Shown here: in pieces, positions 62,050 through 64,000 of the stretch
How positions within the stretch are numbered: position 1 is the first letter of the stretch
Layout: each line of letters opens with the position of its first letter
IMG/VR virus record: IMGVR_UViG_3300037755_000598
Span: 8,801-72,800 of that record
DNA: 64,000 nt
Reading direction: 5' to 3' (one strand)
Origin: a virus
Translations under genes and position numbers: made by a program
Notes under the pieces: generated by a model
Told to the model about the DNA's origin: nothing
What the model saw: only the letters and a program-made list of their open reading frames with translations
Databases searched by the model: none

Positions 62050-62748
62050 ATGGCTTATACAATTGCGATGACTCCGCAGCAACACTGCGGGCAGATTGCC
62101 GATTTTCTGGTTGCGAATCCGGGCGCCTGGATTCGGGGCTCGCTCGCCCGTAATGAATACGGCTACGCTCTTGATCCCGGTCATCCGCAGGCGAGTCAAT
62201 GGTGTTCCATGGGGCTGCTCGACAAGTTCGTGACGGACCTGACGATGCATAAGCGCTGCGAGAAGCTGCTTCACCGCGTGATCGCTCCAATGGAGTCCAT
62301 TGTGTTTTTCAATGACATGAAAGACCGCACGATCAACGATGTGATTCAGGCGTTCCGATGCGCCTCTTACATGATCGAAGAGAGCCAGTTGCAGAAGGAG
62401 CGTGAAGAGGAAGCCACGGTGCCGATATATGCATCCAAGTTCACGTGCTCCACTTACGACATGGCCACCACTAAGGCCCATGACAGCGTCGGCGCCACGT
62501 ATGCGAAGGCCCTTGCGAAGTCCATGGCGGAGGTTTTTGCGGAGAGCTTCAAGGAGAGCGCCGCCTGCACTCAGAAGGTGATCGCGAAGGCGCAGGCGAT
62601 GGCGATATGGAAGCCGGAACCGAAAGATGTCACGGTGCCGAACTGGAACGTGCTCGCCCATGCGCCACCGATCTTCGGCCCAAAGCTCATCAGCAATGAG
62701 TCGTGGTACATCAAACAGAGCGTGGGCCTGCTCAAGGCCGCTGCCTGA
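62050..62748 (+). CDS. DUF6197-like protein
   Basis: AW.RG..AR...G ... WC..G ... I..FND...RT..DV..AF. Confidence 0.55.
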   Translation: MAYTIAMTPQQHCGQIADFLVANPGAWIRGSLARNEYGYALDPGHPQASQWCSMGLLDKFVTDLTMHKRCEKLLHRVIAPMESIVFFNDMKDRTINDVIQAFRCASYMIEESQLQKEREEEATVPIYASKFTCSTYDMATTKAHDSVGATYAKALAKSMAEVFAESFKESAACTQKVIAKAQAMAIWKPEPKDVTVPNWNVLAHAPPIFGPKLISNESWYIKQSVGLLKAAA

Positions 62749-62828
62749 GGGTGTTGCGAAGATTGACTGACTGAACGTCCACACACTTTAATCAGCCAGC
62801 GTTGAATGCCCGTGTGTGGTGTTACCTG

Positions 62829-62858
62829 CCGGCGCGTCACCTGATGCGCCGGTCTTTT
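62829..62858 (+). terminator. putative intrinsic terminator
   Basis: ccggcgc/gcgccgg stem followed by tctttt. Confidence 0.55.
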
Positions 62859-62874
62859 CCAAGGGTCAAAACAA

Positions 62875-63396
62875 ATGAAGCTCATCCAGGCGATGAAGCA
62901 GCTCAAAGAGCTTGCGGTCAAAGCGGAAGACTTGCGCGAAAAAGTCGGCAAGTACTGCGCGGACCTGACGATTCACAATCCGACGTATCCCGATCAGCGC
63001 GCAACCGTTGCGGGCTGGATTCAGTCGCACAGCGACACCCTGAAGCTCATGGGAGATTTGCGGCTCGCCATCCAGCGCACCAATCTCGCCACGCTCGTCA
63101 CCATCGAGCTGGACGGCAAACAGATCACGAAGCCCATCGCGGCATGGATTCACCGCCGCCGCGATCTTGCGACGCTGGAGCACCTCATGTGGTCGAAGCT
63201 CCAGGACGGCGCGCTCAAAGAGGGCGATTTGCAGACGACGCCCGGCGCCGCCGTGACGCAGGTACGCATCCGGCGTTATTACGATCCGGCCGAGCGCGAT
63301 GCGAAGCGCGCGCTGTATCGCTCGGAGCCCTCCTTCATTGATGCCACGCTTGAGGTGGTGAATGCCACCACGGATTTACTGGAGAGTGCAGCGTGA
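62875..63396 (+). CDS. DIP1984-like coiled-coil protein
   Basis: MKLIQAM..L ... L..AIQRTN..T ... ID..L...N.TT.L. Confidence 0.55.
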   Translation: MKLIQAMKQLKELAVKAEDLREKVGKYCADLTIHNPTYPDQRATVAGWIQSHSDTLKLMGDLRLAIQRTNLATLVTIELDGKQITKPIAAWIHRRRDLATLEHLMWSKLQDGALKEGDLQTTPGAAVTQVRIRRYYDPAERDAKRALYRSEPSFIDATLEVVNATTDLLESAA

Positions 63397-63614
63397 TTGA
63401 TTCAGCCAGCGATCAGCGCACGGCGAATAACGTGATGCGCCATGAGTACCGCGTGCTGAGCGATGCCGAGAAGGCACTCATGAAGGATTTCAAAGACAAG
63501 GGGCTCGATTTCGTCGGGGCATGTGACGCGGCCGGCACCAGCCGGGAGCTGTCGATTGCCAAGACGAAGACGGAAGAAGCGGTGATGTGGGCCGTCAAGC
63601 ACATCACGAAGTGA
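63393..63614 (+). CDS. Acb2/Tad1-like cyclic-nucleotide sponge
   Basis: YRVLS.AEK..M...K..G ... RELSIAKTK.EEAVMWAVK.IT. Confidence 0.7.
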   Translation: MIDSASDQRTANNVMRHEYRVLSDAEKALMKDFKDKGLDFVGACDAAGTSRELSIAKTKTEEAVMWAVKHITK

Positions 63615-63733
63615 GCCAGATGCGGCACGGCGTACCCACCGTGACAGGGTTAGTCTTACCTCCGGCTTCAGGCCGGTTCGTCGGAGCTGGCTGGTGACGA
63701 CGAGAGCAAAGATTGCCTTCCGGCGATTTCGAT

Positions 63734-63789
63734 GCGGGATGGTGGCAGTAAAAGGCTGCACTCGTGGAAGTAACGGCCACCCCGCTCCA
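63734..63789 (+). ncRNA. tRNA-like remnant with acceptor stem and CCA
   Basis: GCGGGAT...ACCCCGC-T-CCA; no anticodon arm or TTCG loop. Confidence 0.3.
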
Positions 63790-63874
63790 ATGTTTTTCCG
63801 TGTCCGACGCGCAGAGTAAATAACTGAAACAGACGAACCGTAAGAGGCTCAACGATACGAGCTTCATAAGCCAA

Positions 63875-63948
63875 ACCAACGTAGCTCAGTCAGGTAGAGC
63901 ACCGGTCTTGTAAGCCGACTGTCGCGGGTTCGACTCCCGTCATTGGTA
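63875..63948 (+). tRNA. tRNA-Thr(UGU)
   Basis: D arm GCTC..GAGC, anticodon loop CTTGTAA, T arm GCGGG-TTCGACT-CCCGT; one mismatch each in acceptor and anticodon stems; no encoded CCA. Confidence 0.8.
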
Positions 63949-64000
63949 CGCCCGTAAAGCGTATTGAACGTCAAGGTTCAAGTCGCAAGGTGTAAGGATG

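Noticed and set aside
63963-63973. ATTGAACGTCA as another array element
   Set aside because: Single 10/11 arm match, with no stem, second arm or RBS-ORF context.

Overview
The whole 64 kb window is bacteriophage sequence (GC-rich, no host housekeeping genes), apparently a temperate, short-tailed (podovirus-like) phage of a Gram-negative, probably gammaproteobacterial, host (csrA, FecI-type sigmas, outer-membrane beta-barrel). An uninterrupted attP-like region beside the integrase suggests the non-integrated form. Layout: (1-3.3 kb) leftward array of small ORFs, each separated by a conserved 45-47 bp hairpin element; (3.7-4.9 kb) terminase small subunit-like gene and a noncoding putative packaging region; (4.9-12.7 kb) mostly leftward small accessory genes; (12.8-40 kb) rightward TerL, portal, GroES-like, scaffold, capsid, adaptor, tail-fibre, nozzle and ejection-protein genes; (40-57.8 kb) leftward block with three ECF sigma factors, CsrA, morons (LMW phosphatase, OMP, Fic), tRNA-Arg, integrase/excisionase, ParB-like genes, ERF and a repressor; (57.9-64 kb) rightward Cro-like, DUF1376 replication protein, C5 methyltransferase, Q-like regulator, an Acb2/Tad1-like protein and tRNA-Thr. 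The best novel candidate is the gene-cassette-like array at 184-3123. In 9 of 9 full copies the element supplies a TGA stop and sits just ahead of the next RBS, has a covarying inner stem, and pairs better on the non-coding strand, reminiscent of integron attC sites. Second is an ECF-sigma triplet plus a free-standing FecR N-terminal domain. All protein family calls come from motif recognition by eye; no database search was run.
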